64,000 nt of DNA, from the NCBI GenBank assembly GCA_965218585.1, contig CBDCLE010000023.1, positions 1-64,000 of the forward strand. The letters are read 5' to 3'. Position 1 is the first letter of the stretch; each line of letters starts with the position of its first letter. The stretch comes from Terriglobia bacterium (GTDB taxonomy: Bacteria; Acidobacteriota; Terriglobia; 20CM-2-55-15). Of the stretch, positions 30,319 through 42,804 are shown one piece after another. Position numbers and translations under genes: made by a program. The notes below the pieces were generated by a model. It was not told the origin of the DNA and searched no databases. It was given only the letters and a program-made list of their open reading frames with translations.

Positions 30319-32541
30319 CTAATTCGCCGTTAACACGAAGTTATCCAGATACGCGCCATACTCCGCATCGAGAAACAGTCCCGGCGCACCCTCACGATTC
30401 CCAATCGGATCCACTTTGTCGATCAGCCATTCCGACGGCTCTGCCTCGTCGACCTGCCACGCCTTGCCCTGGATTCGGACCTGTCCGTCCGGCAGGTTTT
30501 CGACACGCACCTTCATCCGATACCACGTATCCGGCTCCCAGCTGAACGGAATAGTCACGGAGCGCTCGATCTCGGGCTCCCAGGGTTCCAGCTTCAGCTT
30601 CTGTGTGGTTCCGTAAAGGACGAGGGAATAGGCCTGGGCCGTGATTCCTACGTCGGCCATCTGACGACGACGCGTCGGCGCACGGACGTCCGCCTGGAAA
30701 GTGTAGTCCGACCAGTCTGGCGGTCCCAGGAACATCCGAGCCCTTCCGAAGATCGTATTGTCGGGAGGTTTTTCGAAGACCCGGTCTCCGCCGAGTGTTG
30801 AGATCGTAAATCGTCCGGCTTGCGCGTTGACCCAACCCGGAGGCAGATCCCCATCCATATAGGAATCGAACCCTTCTTCATAGGGAAGCGGATGAGACAC
30901 TCGCGCTCTGGATTCTCCTGTCAGTCCACCCGCCACAGCCCGGATCACACCCGCCTGCAACTGAGGTTCATTCGAAACAGTAAAAGTTCCGTCCTCACCC
31001 ACCGTCCCTTCCAAACCGTCCAGTGACCACTCGGCCTCGGTCTCGCTCAGGAACCGACCCTGACTGTCAAACAGCCGCGCACGAAGACGCACCGTATCCC
31101 CCGGATCGAGCACCATTTCAGTCGGCACGACCTGGAGGTGGGTGGGAGCACCTTCCCCCTGGCCGATGGGCTCATCGACGGCCCATCCCTCGAGCGAAGA
31201 CGCCTGGGCCGAACCGATGGCGTAGACTGCGTCACTGGTAACAAAGAAAACACGGCCTCTCGAAACAGCCGCTCCCGCGACGATTTGTTCCGGTGTGCCC
31301 TCTGAACTGCAACAACTGTCCGTACTCACCGGCAACTCGACGCGACTCAGAACCTCGGCATTCGATTCTCCGGGCCGCACGATGTAGAAGGCTCCTCCGT
31401 TTGTCCCGACATAAATTTTGCCGTCTGCCAACACGGGCGCCGCACGCTGGGCATTGCCCAGGGGCAGTTCCCAAAGCTCGTCGCCGGTTTCGGTATCAAA
31501 CGCCAGCAGGGTTGATCCTGAATCAATTTGATAGATGCGATCTCCATCGATGACCGGGGACGAGTAACCAAGCTCGCGCCCCTTCACATCCCAGATCGTC
31601 TCTGTGATCTCCCCCGTACGGCCACCGGCGATGGCCGCGATCATGCCCAGTTCGGTACCCTCTAGATTTTCATCGCCGTGAGACATGAACACGACGTCGT
31701 CCTTAACGACCACGCCTGTGTTGACAGCCCTGCGCGCCGCAGGAAAACTCCAGACAACTTCGCCGGTTTGGGGTTTGATCGCGTGGACACCACCGTTACC
31801 GAGCCCCTGGATCAGCAGCCTCTGACCGCCAATAGTCGCTATCGTGGGCGGCCCATAGGCCGTGTCGAACGGACGGCTGCCCGGAGCAGATGCGTAAACG
31901 ATCTCACCCGTCCGCTTGTCGAGCCCCACGAGCCGATGAGCCCGATTCCAGTTCGATCCCCAGCTCGAAATCGCGGCAGACACGATCACCAGATCGCCGT
32001 CGATCAACGGGGAGGCGGTCCGTCCGCCGTGGGTTGTGAAGGCTGCCCATTCCTCGGCAAACGATCGCTTCCAGAGAAGTTGCCCATCGGAGCTCAAGGC
32101 CACGACCATTGCATTGCCGCTCATGGCGTAGATGTTTCCGGTTTCGGGATCTGCAGCAGGCGAGGCCCAGCCGACGCGGTGGGGCGGTACGTCGCTCTGA
32201 AAGATATTGAACCGGTACTCCCAAACTATCTCTCCGGTGTCGACGTCGAGCGCCATCACACGTTCCTGAAGTGCGCTGCCCTGCTCGGCAGGGTTCTGCA
32301 CGTAGAGACGGTCGCTCATCACGATCGGAGTAGAACGGCCACCGTAAGGAGCGCGCCAGAGGAAGTTCGCTCCGTTGACCTCCCATGTTTCCGGAAGGCC
32401 GGTCTCCAGAGAAGAGCCATCCCGGTGGGGTCCACGGATCTCCGGCCAGTCACCCAGGGCCACCCGGCCCGGATCCTGTCCGGTTGCGGTCACGGCCACC
32501 CCGACCAGCAGTGCCAGGAAGAGGGTCGGTTGTCTCAACAT
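30319..32541 (-). CDS. Large PQQ-like beta-propeller with C-terminal Ig-like and ConA/DUF1080-like domains
   Basis: DWPEIRGPHRDG; propeller repeats; C-terminal WSDYTFQADV...W.PDTWYRMKVRV...GKAW. Confidence 0.82.
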   Translation of the reverse strand: MLRQPTLFLALLVGVAVTATGQDPGRVALGDWPEIRGPHRDGSSLETGLPETWEVNGANFLWRAPYGGRSTPIVMSDRLYVQNPAEQGSALQERVMALDVDTGEIVWEYRFNIFQSDVPPHRVGWASPAADPETGNIYAMSGNAMVVALSSDGQLLWKRSFAEEWAAFTTHGGRTASPLIDGDLVIVSAAISSWGSNWNRAHRLVGLDKRTGEIVYASAPGSRPFDTAYGPPTIATIGGQRLLIQGLGNGGVHAIKPQTGEVVWSFPAARRAVNTGVVVKDDVVFMSHGDENLEGTELGMIAAIAGGRTGEITETIWDVKGRELGYSSPVIDGDRIYQIDSGSTLLAFDTETGDELWELPLGNAQRAAPVLADGKIYVGTNGGAFYIVRPGESNAEVLSRVELPVSTDSCCSSEGTPEQIVAGAAVSRGRVFFVTSDAVYAIGSAQASSLEGWAVDEPIGQGEGAPTHLQVVPTEMVLDPGDTVRLRARLFDSQGRFLSETEAEWSLDGLEGTVGEDGTFTVSNEPQLQAGVIRAVAGGLTGESRARVSHPLPYEEGFDSYMDGDLPPGWVNAQAGRFTISTLGGDRVFEKPPDNTIFGRARMFLGPPDWSDYTFQADVRAPTRRRQMADVGITAQAYSLVLYGTTQKLKLEPWEPEIERSVTIPFSWEPDTWYRMKVRVENLPDGQVRIQGKAWQVDEAEPSEWLIDKVDPIGNREGAPGLFLDAEYGAYLDNFVLTAN

Positions 32542-32640
32542 AAGAATTTTCCTTCCGCAAAAGTGAAGAAACTCTGGGAATCGGAATAGCTAGAAAATAT
32601 ATCGTAGGTAGTTGAGGATTGGGCGAAATTCTGTCAAAAA

Positions 32641-33885
32641 TCAGCGCCCGCGAATGTCGTACGCCGTGACTGTGCCCTGATCCCGAATATAGAGAGTCCC
32701 ATCACTGACTACCGGATGGGCACGACTGGGGAAACCCTGGTCAGACATCTCGAATCGGCCCTTTTCCGAATAGCCGGTCGGCGTAGCTTCAACCAGGCCT
32801 ACGACATTGTTCTCGCTCAAGATATAAAGATGACCGTCCGCGTAAGCGAGGGAACCCTTTCCCACGCTACGGTCCCTCCACATCCTTTCTCCGGTCTCGA
32901 AATCCAGACACGTCAGAATAGAGTTATTGAATCCGTAGAGATATCCATCGACAACGACGACACCACCATGATGGTTCCGCATGTCCCTAGTAAAATAGAG
33001 CTCCTCGGCAGCCACCTCTCCGCCCTGGGCTCTGAGTTCCAACAATCCTCCACCCGTCCCGTAAGCCGAGGTATAGAAAACCTTGTTGTCATAAAAGACA
33101 GGCGTCGCGACATTGGCAGTCCTGTTGGCTGGCCGCGTGTATCTCCACATCAGTCGGCCGTCCGCGGCCCGGAGACCCACACCTGCTTCGCCGGTCAGCG
33201 TCATCACCGTTCGAACGCCACCGATGTCGGCAACTATGGGTGAAGCATAGCCCGCCGGGTCGCTGAACCCCTGGCTGGTCCACATCGTTTCGCCGGTCCG
33301 CTTGTCGAGGGCGACCACTCCGGCATCGGAACCTCCCGGCGTAACGATGACCATGTCTCCGTCGATCAGAGGGGATTCGCTGATCAGCCAACTGATATTG
33401 CGACCGCCAAACTCTCGAAGGATGTTGAGTTGCCAGACGATGGAGCCGTCGTCGGCCTCGAGACACACCAAATCGCCAGTTTCGGTCAGGACGTAAAGCC
33501 GATCACCGTCGACGGTCGGCGTTCCCCTCGGTCCGGGGCCTTCCCGGTTTCTGAGCGTTCCACCGAGAGCACGAGACCAGATCAATCGCCCGTCGGCCCG
33601 GTCCAGACTGGCCACAGCGCTCTGCTCCCCGACGAGCATTTGAAGGTAGATTCGGTCTCCGGCAACAGCCAACGACCCGTATCCGCTGCCGAGACCCTGG
33701 GTTCGCCAAAGCTGGGCCGGGCCCGAGGCCGGCCATTCACTCATCAAACCGGACTCTTGGGAAAGACCGTCGCGGTTTGGCCCGCGCCACTGCGGCCAGT
33801 CGGTCAGAGTCAGGGACTGCCCCCCAACGAGGGTCGCCATCCCCACGAAGACCGCGAAGCTCATCACCCACAGGCGCGCCCGCAT
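32641..33885 (-). CDS. PQQ-like beta-propeller protein
   Basis: DWPQWRGPNRDG, GPRGTPTVDG, ISESPLIDG, AGYASP; GGAGGA RBS. Confidence 0.88.
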   Translation of the reverse strand: MRARLWVMSFAVFVGMATLVGGQSLTLTDWPQWRGPNRDGLSQESGLMSEWPASGPAQLWRTQGLGSGYGSLAVAGDRIYLQMLVGEQSAVASLDRADGRLIWSRALGGTLRNREGPGPRGTPTVDGDRLYVLTETGDLVCLEADDGSIVWQLNILREFGGRNISWLISESPLIDGDMVIVTPGGSDAGVVALDKRTGETMWTSQGFSDPAGYASPIVADIGGVRTVMTLTGEAGVGLRAADGRLMWRYTRPANRTANVATPVFYDNKVFYTSAYGTGGGLLELRAQGGEVAAEELYFTRDMRNHHGGVVVVDGYLYGFNNSILTCLDFETGERMWRDRSVGKGSLAYADGHLYILSENNVVGLVEATPTGYSEKGRFEMSDQGFPSRAHPVVSDGTLYIRDQGTVTAYDIRGR

Positions 33886-33969
33886 CGCTGCACTCCTCCA
33901 GTTACGTTTGTCCCGAGCCTGGCACTGGCTATCCGGGGACGAGACGGCTAACATATTTCTCCGAACACC

Positions 33970-36900
33970 ATGACACTTTCGGAAAAAGCCTTCAACATGA
34001 TTTCAGGGTTTGCCCTGACACTGGCCCTGACGCTGTCTCTGGCGGGCCCTCTCGAGGCACAATCCTACCGCGCGTCGATCCGCGGAGTCGTCGTCGACCC
34101 TTCAGGCGCCAGCGTTCCGGGGGCACAGCTTGAGGTCACCAATGAAGTCACCGGAGACAGGCGCATCACACTGGCCCGCACCGACGGAAGCTTTGCCATA
34201 TCTACGCTTCCGCCCGGCACCTACGTAATCGAAGCGGAACTTGACGGGTACCAACGGTACGTGTACCGCACCGAGTTACAGGTTGGCCAGCAGTTGCGGC
34301 TCGACGTGGGTCTCACACTGGGTAACGTCACTGAAGCAATCGAAGTGAGGGCACCCGCCGTGGTCATCGATTCTCAGTCGGCCGCACTCGGCACCGTAAT
34401 AGGCGGTGAGCAGCTCGCGGGGCTTCCCCTGGACGGCCGCAATTTTCTGGAATTATCCCTGCTCGCACCCGGGGCCGCACCGGCGCCTGAAGGCTCCGCC
34501 AGTTCTCTGAGAGGTGACTTTTCCTTCACTGTCAATGGTGCCCGCGAAGATGCGCACAGCTTCATGCTCGACGGTGTGTATAACGTCGACCCCAAACTGA
34601 ACACCCCCGGTGTGCGACCACCGGTGGACGCGATCCAGGAGTTTGAAGTTCTGACCGGAACCTACGATGCGTCGTTTGGACGCAATGCAGCGGGTCAGGT
34701 GAACGTCGTCACCCGGTCAGGTGGAAACGATTTTCACGGAACCGCTTACGGTTTCTTCCGAACCCGCTCTCTGAATTCACGGAATTTCTTTGCCCCCCGC
34801 AACGAAGAGGAACCCGCTTACAGCCGGGGTCAATACGGTGGATCGATCGGCGGACCCATCGTCACCAACCGTACGTTTTCTTCGCCGACTACGAACACAC
34901 CCGGCTTCGGGAGGGCATCACACGGGTGACCAACGTACCGACACTGGCCGAACGAAGCGGCGACTTTTCCGAAAGCCTGCTCAACGCCCCCTTCAACCCG
35001 TTCAGTGGGCAGCCGTTTTCCGGCAGAAGAATCCCCGACTTTTTCATTCATCCGGTCGGACAGGCAATAGCAAACCTGTATCCGGAACCCAACCGCGCCA
35101 CACCGTTCGCAAACTACGTGTCTTCGCCGACGCTCACCGACGAGATCGACCATTTCGACGTGAGGATCGATCACAACTTCGCCCAGGGGCTCGCGGTTGA
35201 TGACTCGATACAGCCTTCAACGATCGGCGCTTTTTCGAGCCGTTTGCTTCTGCGGTCAGTGTGCCGGGATACGGCACCGATGTGCCCAGCACGCGGACAG
35301 AACCTGGTCATAGGGTTTACCCAGCCTCTCGGCGGAAAACACCATTCATGATTTTCGCGTCGGATACACGCCGGTCTCGATCGCGGTCCTTCACCAGAAC
35401 CGGGGCCAAAGCGTCAACCAGGACGTGGGCCCTGCCCGACCTGTCGTCGAAACCGCCGCGACTTCGGACTGAGTCAGATCACCGTGACAGGCTTCTCTCC
35501 CCTGGGCGACGAGTTCACGTCTCCACAAGAGAGTGCGACTGATATGTGGCAGGTGATGGACACGGTGACCTGGACACGTGGTTCGCACATGGTTGCGACC
35601 GGCTTCGATTTTCGGCATGTCGGGCAGGAGGCTTTTCGCGATGTCCCAGTCTCGCGGTTTCCTGAACTTCTCGGACCGGTACATAACCGGAAATGCGCTG
35701 GCCGACCTTCTGCTCGGTTTTCCTCTTGTGACGGGAGGGGCGATTTCCGACAATCCCCAACGCCTGCGCTCTTCTGCGTGGAGCGCCTTCGTGCAGGACA
35801 GTTGGAGAGTGCGACCCGATCTGACGCTGACAGCCGGCCTCCGCTACGAATACGTCGCACCAGGAGTCGATGCCGACGATCGGGCGAACCTATATGACCC
35901 GGCGACCGGTGGGTTCGTGCAGGTGGGCACGGGCAGCATGCCCCGAGGTGGTTACAGACCGGACCGCAACAACTGGGGCCCGCGAATCGGATTGGCGTGG
36001 ACCCCGGACGCGGACAGGCAGACCGTCATCCGCGGGGGGTACGGTGTCTATTACAACCAGGGTGCTCTGGCCACAGGCGAAGGCCTCTACTTCAACGCTC
36101 CCTATTTCGATTTGAAACTCTTCGTCCCTGCTCCAGGCATTCCACCGGTGACACTCCAGGATCCCTTTCCCGACTCCTACCCCATCGCGCTTCCGGTTTC
36201 GGCCACGGCGTATCAGGGCGACCTCCAGACCGGCCGAATCGAGCACTGGAGCTTCGGTGTACAGCGCCAACTGGGGGATACCCGAACCATCGAGGTGGCG
36301 TACGTAGGATCGCGAGGTCGCAATCTGATCGCCGCAAAAGACATCAACCAGCCCGCTCCAAGCACCGCCCCGCGGAATCTCAGACCGAACCCCCTGTTCG
36401 ATGACATCACGCTGATCGAGTCCCGCGGAAAGTCCGACTACAACGCGCTTCAGATCAAGTTCCGGCAGCGCTTCGACCGGGGCTTGTCCGTCCTGACGGC
36501 ATACACGTTGGGTGAATCCAACGATGATGCCTCCGGTTTTTTTGCCAGTTCGGGCGACCCCAATTTCCCGCAGGACAGCCGGAACCCTGGCCTTGAATAC
36601 GGACGTTCGAGTTTTGACGTACGGCACCGGTTCTCAACGAGTTTTGCCTGGGAGATGCCGTTTGGAGAGGGTCAGAGATGGCTGGGGAATAACGGCACGC
36701 TTTCGACGATCCTGTCCGACTGGGAACTGCAGGGCATCGTAACCCTCCAGAGTGGCCGCCCGTTTACGGTAGCCCTGCTGCCCGAATTCGACAACAGCAA
36801 CACCGGGCGTTCCACACTGGGATTCGGTGCGAATGACCGGCCCGATCTCGTCGGTAACGCGGTCCTCGCGAACCCATCGCCCGAGCGATGGTTCGACACG

Positions 36901-37173
36901 ACGGCTTTCGCCGTACCCAACTTTGGGAGTTTTGGCGACGCGGGAAGGAACATCCTCACCGGGCCCGATTTTCAGAACGTGAATCTGGCGCTTTCGAAAG
37001 AAGTGTCGCTAAACGAGGACGTCACTCTCGAGCTTCGCGCGGAAACGTTCAACCTCTTCAATCGAACAAACTTCAACCTGCCGGATGCCTTCGTCGGCTC
37101 ACCGACATTTGGTCAGATCGTATCGGCCCAGAGCCCGCGAAGGTGCCAGTTCGGCGTCAAGTTGATCTTCTGA
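33970..37173 (+). pseudogene. Oar-like TonB-dependent receptor with several frameshifts at ~34870-35650
   Basis: Carboxypeptidase-regulatory-like N-domain (G.VVDPSGASVPGA), [44 protein letters not shown], terminal aromatic F; middle part split across frames (could be sequencing error). Confidence 0.85.
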
Positions 37174-37247
37174 GAAACAATTCGGTCAGATCGTATCGGC
37201 CCAGAGCCCGCGAAGGTGCCAGTTCGGCCGTCAAGTTCATCTTTTGA
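37111..37247 (+). repeat. Tandem duplication of the last ~63 nt of the TonB receptor gene
   Basis: 37111-37173 is repeated at 37184-37247 with one insertion and two substitutions. Confidence 0.85.
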
Positions 37248-37428
37248 AACGGAATTCGGAGATGCGGGGAGTCGGCTTTAAGTTTGATCCCCGTATCGGT
37301 CTCCTGTAACCTGTAGGCGATTTTTCCTAACACAGGTCAAGAGACGGTTGCTGGCATTACGCCGAATTGAAAGACTGTGGTTCTTCTCGCCTGTGTACGT
37401 GCTCATAGGCGTCGAAAAGGGGGTAGAA

Positions 37429-39483
37429 ATGAAACGGACGAACGGTTTTGTGGCCCGATGGGTTGGGCTCGTAGCTTTGACTGTCGCTGCCGGCGGGTTC
37501 CTGGTAGCTTCGGAGGCGAGTGCCCAGGATCAGAGGCTGTCGCTGGAAAACTACCTGGACATGGAGTCCGTCTCTAACCCTCAGATCTCACCTGACGGTT
37601 CGCGGATCATCTACACGCGCCGGTGGGTGGACAACGTGAACGACCGCAACCAATCGTCGCTCTGGATCATGAACAGCGATGGTAGCCGGAACCGGCATCT
37701 CCTGGAGGGAAGCGGGGCGCGGTGGTCTCCAGACGGTACCCGAATCCTGTTCACGAAACAAGGAGATCCGAGCGGTTCTCAGGTCTTCGTCCGTTGGATG
37801 GACGATGAAAGAGCTGTGAGCCAGATCACTCGCCTGGAGAACGGACCCTCGAACGCACGCTGGTCGCCGGATGGTGAATCGATCGCCTTTACGAGCCGCG
37901 TCGACGAACGCGGAGACTTTGTGAACGTTCAGCTACCATCCCGCCCCGATGGTGCCAGTTGGACGGGCCCGCCGAAGGTGGTCGAGCGCCTTCGCTACAA
38001 ACGCGACCGCCAGGGTTACATCGATACGGGTTGGACGCACATCTTCGTGGTGCCGGCCGAGGGCGGGACTCCACGCCAGCTCACCGACGGCAATTGGAAC
38101 CACAACGGCGTCGCCTGGAGCCAGGACAGTTCTCGAATCTACTTCACTTCATACCGCACCGAAGACTGGGACCGCCCCGACAACGAAGGGGAATCGGATA
38201 TCTACTCTGTGAACGTCGCGACGGAGGAAATTTCCCAACTGACCAATAAGCGCGGTCCCGACAGCGGGCCGGTACCCTCTCCCGACGGAGAGCTCGTCGC
38301 CTACAGAGCGGGAGACGAACACGAAGACTTCTACCGTAACCAGCGCATTTACGTAATGAACCCGGACGGATCGGGCTCACGGCTGATTTCGGGCGACTAC
38401 GACCGCCAGTCCGGTAATCTACAGTGGGCTTCCAACAGCAGCGGGCTCTACTTCAGTGTTTCGCGCGAGGGTTACCGCAGCCTCCACTTCGTGTCGGTAG
38501 ACGGCGGCGTCACCGAACTCACCGAGGGCGAACAGCTTCTCTCGCTTTCGTCCTTCTCCGAAAACGGTATGGCGGTCGGAACGATCTCGAGCGCGTACGA
38601 GCCGGGCGACATCTACAGCTTCTCCCTTTCGAATCCCGACGATGTCACGCGCCTCACCGAGGTTAACGCTGATGTACTGCATGGGATCACACTCGGCGAA
38701 GTTGAGGAAATCTGGTACGATTCCGATCCTTTCGAGGTCCAGGGATGGCTTGTGAAGCCTCCCGACTTCGATCCGTCACGGGAGTATCCACTGATGCTCG
38801 CTATCCACGGTGGGCCCGCCGCCATGTATAACGGAGGGTTCAATTTCGCTTTTCAGGAACACGCGGCAAACGACTACGTCGTGCTGTATACAAACCCGCG
38901 GGGAAGCACAGGGTATGGCACGGAGTTCGCTAACGCAATCGCCTACGATTACCCGGGCATCGACATGCAGGATCTGATGAGAGGCGTCGACGAGGCAGTC
39001 GATACGGGCTACGTAGACGAGGACAACCTCTTCCTCTACGGTTGTTCGGGGGGCGGAATCCTCACGACTTACATCGTCGGCAACACGGACCGTTTCACTG
39101 CGGCGTCGGCGCACTGTGCAATCGTGAACTGGATGTCCGCCATGGGAACCTCGGACATCGGCGGTTACATACGCCGGTTCGAACAGCCCTTCTGGGAAGA
39201 TCCGACGGAGTGGATCGATCGCTCCTCGATCTTTTACGTAGGAAACGTCACGACCCCAACGATGCTCATGACGGGTGAGAATGACCTTCGCACGCCCATC
39301 GGTCAGGCCGAGGAGTTCTATCAGGCACTCCAGCACCTTGACGTTCCTACGGTCATGGTTCGATTCAAGGACGAATGGCACGGCACCACGTCGCGTCCGT
39401 CCAACTTCATGAGAACACAGCTGTACGTGAGGAAATGGTTTGAGCAGTGGGGCACCCACGAACCGCTGGGAACCACTCAGTAA
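37429..39483 (+). CDS. S9 (prolyl oligopeptidase/acylaminoacyl peptidase) family secreted peptidase
   Basis: Signal peptide; WSPDG repeats, IHGGP, NPRGSTGYG, GCSGGG nucleophile, GENDLR, EWHG. Confidence 0.92.
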   Translation: MKRTNGFVARWVGLVALTVAAGGFLVASEASAQDQRLSLENYLDMESVSNPQISPDGSRIIYTRRWVDNVNDRNQSSLWIMNSDGSRNRHLLEGSGARWSPDGTRILFTKQGDPSGSQVFVRWMDDERAVSQITRLENGPSNARWSPDGESIAFTSRVDERGDFVNVQLPSRPDGASWTGPPKVVERLRYKRDRQGYIDTGWTHIFVVPAEGGTPRQLTDGNWNHNGVAWSQDSSRIYFTSYRTEDWDRPDNEGESDIYSVNVATEEISQLTNKRGPDSGPVPSPDGELVAYRAGDEHEDFYRNQRIYVMNPDGSGSRLISGDYDRQSGNLQWASNSSGLYFSVSREGYRSLHFVSVDGGVTELTEGEQLLSLSSFSENGMAVGTISSAYEPGDIYSFSLSNPDDVTRLTEVNADVLHGITLGEVEEIWYDSDPFEVQGWLVKPPDFDPSREYPLMLAIHGGPAAMYNGGFNFAFQEHAANDYVVLYTNPRGSTGYGTEFANAIAYDYPGIDMQDLMRGVDEAVDTGYVDEDNLFLYGCSGGGILTTYIVGNTDRFTAASAHCAIVNWMSAMGTSDIGGYIRRFEQPFWEDPTEWIDRSSIFYVGNVTTPTMLMTGENDLRTPIGQAEEFYQALQHLDVPTVMVRFKDEWHGTTSRPSNFMRTQLYVRKWFEQWGTHEPLGTTQ

Positions 39484-39545
39484 CAACTCGAGATCTGTTT
39501 GGAGACCGACGGGAATCGTAGTATTCGTCCTCAAAGGAGCTCTAG

Positions 39546-41453
39546 ATGAGAGGTAAATTGCGTGTTTCCCTGTCGGTGCTGACACTTGTCGGTTTCGCCG
39601 TCTTGCTGGCGGGAATTTTCGTCGAGGCCCGGCAGGTGCCCATCCAGGACCAACAACCTGCGGGATCCGCGCTTCGGCCTGCTGTGATGGGTCCGTCGGG
39701 CGGAGTGTCCACTGGGCACCTGCTGACGACGGCGGCGGCTTTCGGCATCCTCCTCGATGGTGGAAACGCCTTTGATGCAGGTGTCACGGCCTTGCTTGCC
39801 GCGGGGTGCTCGAACAGGATCTTTACAGTCTCGGGGGCGAGGCGTTGGTCCTGGTTTACCCCACCAGCGAAGACAAAGTCACTTCAGTCGTCGGCCAGGG
39901 TTGGGCGCCTGGCGCCGTGGACGTGGATTGGTACCAGTCGAGAAACAAGACTCTCCAGGGGGAAGGACTCGATCCGGCTGTCGTTCCGGGCGCTGTTCAC
40001 GCCGCCCTCACGGTGCTGGAGCGTTGGGGAACGATGAGCTTCGAAGAGGTCGCTCGACCAGCGATCGAGTATGCCGAAGAGGGTTTTCCGCTACGGCCGA
40101 GCACCGCGCGGGCTATTGGGAACCAGCTCACGTTCTTCGAGAGCTGGCCGGACAACCGGGAGTACTGGTTCAAACCCGACGGGTCCCTGTACGAGGCCGG
40201 TGAAACGATCCAGCTGCCGACTCTGGCCAGGACACTCAATAGAATGGTTGAGGCCGAGCGCGGAGCGAAATCGGCAGGACGCGCCGCCGGAATCGCAGCC
40301 GCTCGCGATCTCTTCTACAAGGGTGACATCGCTCGCGAGATGGTAGCGTTCCTCGAGGATAACGGTGCCCCGTTCACGTACGCGGATTTCGCCGAATTCT
40401 TGCAAGAATCGAGGAACCGGCAAAAACGACCTATCGTGAATACACCGTCTACAAACACGGTTTTGGCAGTCAGGGTCCCGCTCTTCTTCAGGCGCTGAAC
40501 ATCCTCGAAAATTTCGACCTGAAAGCGATGGGATATGCCAGCGCAGATTACCTTCATACAGTGGTCGAGGCGATGAAGCTGGCCTACGCAGATCGGGACA
40601 CCTACTACGGGGATCCTGAATTCGTGGCGGTACCGGGAGAGGGGTTGCTGTCGAAAGACTACGCCCGGGAACGGGCACAGCTCATCGATCCACGGCTCGC
40701 TTCCCGTTCTTTTGTCGCCGGTGATCCGCTGCCCTACGACACGAACGTCGATGAGTGGAACTACTGGAGGGCCGAAATCGAGAATGCCTCTGCAGATAGC
40801 GCCGCTCTCTCCGGGGACGCGATGGCATCGCTCGGGCAAGATTCCGCCGGGGTCATGAAAGACACGACGCACATGGCGATCATCGACAAGGACGGGAACA
40901 TCTTCGACTCGACGCCGAGCGGCGGCTGGATCGGCGGCGCAGTGATCCTCGGGGACACAGGTATCGGCATGAGCGTACGCGGTGAGCAGTTCTGGCTGGA
41001 CAGTACCCGGGCAAACCAGATTCGCCCCCGGGCGCGGCCGCGATACACGCTAACGCCAACTCTGGTTTTCAGGAATGACGAACCATGATGGCTCTGGGGA
41101 CTCCGGGAGGCGACAATCAGGAGCAGACAATACTGCAGGCTTTTCTCAGCATTGTAGAGTTCTGGGATCACTGGTATCCGAATCTGCATGCCGCACTCGA
41201 GCGGCCGCGAGCGCAGACCCAGCATCTCTACGGTTCGTTCTGGCCACACTCCCCCGGCTTCAACAGGCTGAGAGTCGAGATCCCGATTCCAGATGCGGTT
41301 TACAACGAATTGTAATCCCGGGGACACGAGGTGAGCCGATTGCGTTCTTTCGGAATGTCCGGATGCGCCACGGCAGTGATGATCGATCCGCTCACCGAGA
41401 ATCGACTCGCGGGCGCCGACCCGCGCCGTGACTGTTACGCAATCGCGTACTAG
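39546..41453 (+). pseudogene. ggt: Gamma-glutamyltransferase family protein (frameshifts near 39805, 40400 and 41070; in-frame TAA at 41313)
   Basis: GGNAFDA, VPGAV, FYKGDIA, EAMKLAYADRD, DTTH (catalytic Thr), GTPGGD, GADPRR spread over fragments. Confidence 0.85.
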
Positions 41454-41454
41454 C

Positions 41455-42804
41455 CTAGAGCACGAACACCAGGACCATGCCTGCCGGCACGACGAATCGG
41501 ACCAGGAACTTCCAGAGCCGGTACAAGGGGGTCCGCACACCGTATTCTTCGCTCCGCATCTTTTCGCTGATCCGCCAACCCGCAAAGGCGAGACCAGGAA
41601 CGCCCCGATGGGCAGGAACACACCTGTAACGGCGAAATCCAGCGAGTCGAAGATATTCATGTCTTCGAACCGGGCGAGAATTGCCAGCGGCCTTACCTCA
41701 GACCAGACATTGAACGAGAACACGGTCGCCAGCCCGATGAACCACGCCACAAAGCCGGCAAGCACGGCGCCCCATTTTCTGGGAACGCCCCGGGTATCCT
41801 CTAGCCAGGCGACGACCGGTTCGAACATTGAAAGTGCCGATGTCAACGTCGCCATCAGCATCAACAGGAAGAACATCAACCCGAAAACGATACCGCCCGG
41901 CATCTGACCAAACGCAATAGGCAGGGTGACGAATATCAGGCCCGGGCCTTCACCGGGCGTGAGTCCGTAGGCGAACACCAGTGGGAAAATCACCAGTCCC
42001 GCGACGATAGCGGCCGCGGTATCGGCCAGGGCGATCACGGCTCCCGAACGCGGAATAGACGCCTCGTCGCTCAGGTAGGCGCCGTAGACGATCATGCCGG
42101 CGCCACCGACGCTCAGAGTCAGCAGGGCCTGCCCCAGTGCGATTAAAGTCGTCGAGCCATCAATCCTGCCGAAGTCGGGAGTGAACAGGAACGAGAGGGC
42201 CTGGGCAGCGTCGCCCACGATCAGTGAGTAGACGGTCAGGACCAGTATCAGGACGAACAGGCCCGGCATCATGATCTTGATGGCCCGTTCGATGCCGCGC
42301 CGTATGCCGCGGCCGACTATGAAGAGCGTAAAGACCATGAAGAGTCCGTGCCAAAGGGCAAGTCTCAATGGATTGGCAGTGAGGCCACCGAACAAGGACA
42401 CGGACGAATCGGCGTCCAGCCCGGAAAACGCTCCGGAAACGGATTTGAAGGAGGTAATCGAAGGTCCAACTGGCCACGACGCTGAAGTAAGACAGCAACA
42501 GGAACGCAGAGATCACCAGCATCCATCCCAGATATATCCATGCCTTGCTGAAGCCTTCCTGCTGGGCGACCTTTTCGAAACACCGGATAGGGCTGAGTTT
42601 GCCGCGCCGCCCGATCATGATCGTTGCGATCAGGGCGGGAAGTCCCACACCGAGGACGAAGCAGAGATAGAGAATGACGAACGCCCCTCCGCCGTTCGCA
42701 CCCGCGACATAGGGGAATCGCCAGATGTTGCCGAGCCCAACCGCGCTTCCCAACGCGGCTAGGATGAAGGTCGCCTCCGAGGACCACTGTTCACGATCGC
42801 TCAT
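41455..42804 (-). pseudogene. Sodium:neurotransmitter symporter (SNF) family transporter (frameshifts near 42440 and 41580)
   Basis: REQWSS..FILAALGSAVGLGNIWRFPY..G.NGGGAF, GPGLIFVTLP, TSALSMFE. Confidence 0.88.

Noticed and set aside
37111-37247. DGR template/variable repeat pair
   Set aside because: The differences are not at adenines and there is no reverse transcriptase in the window
40761-42401. 546-aa ORF suggesting a fused transporter
   Set aside because: Produced by a frameshift near 41580 that runs the SNF frame antisense into ggt
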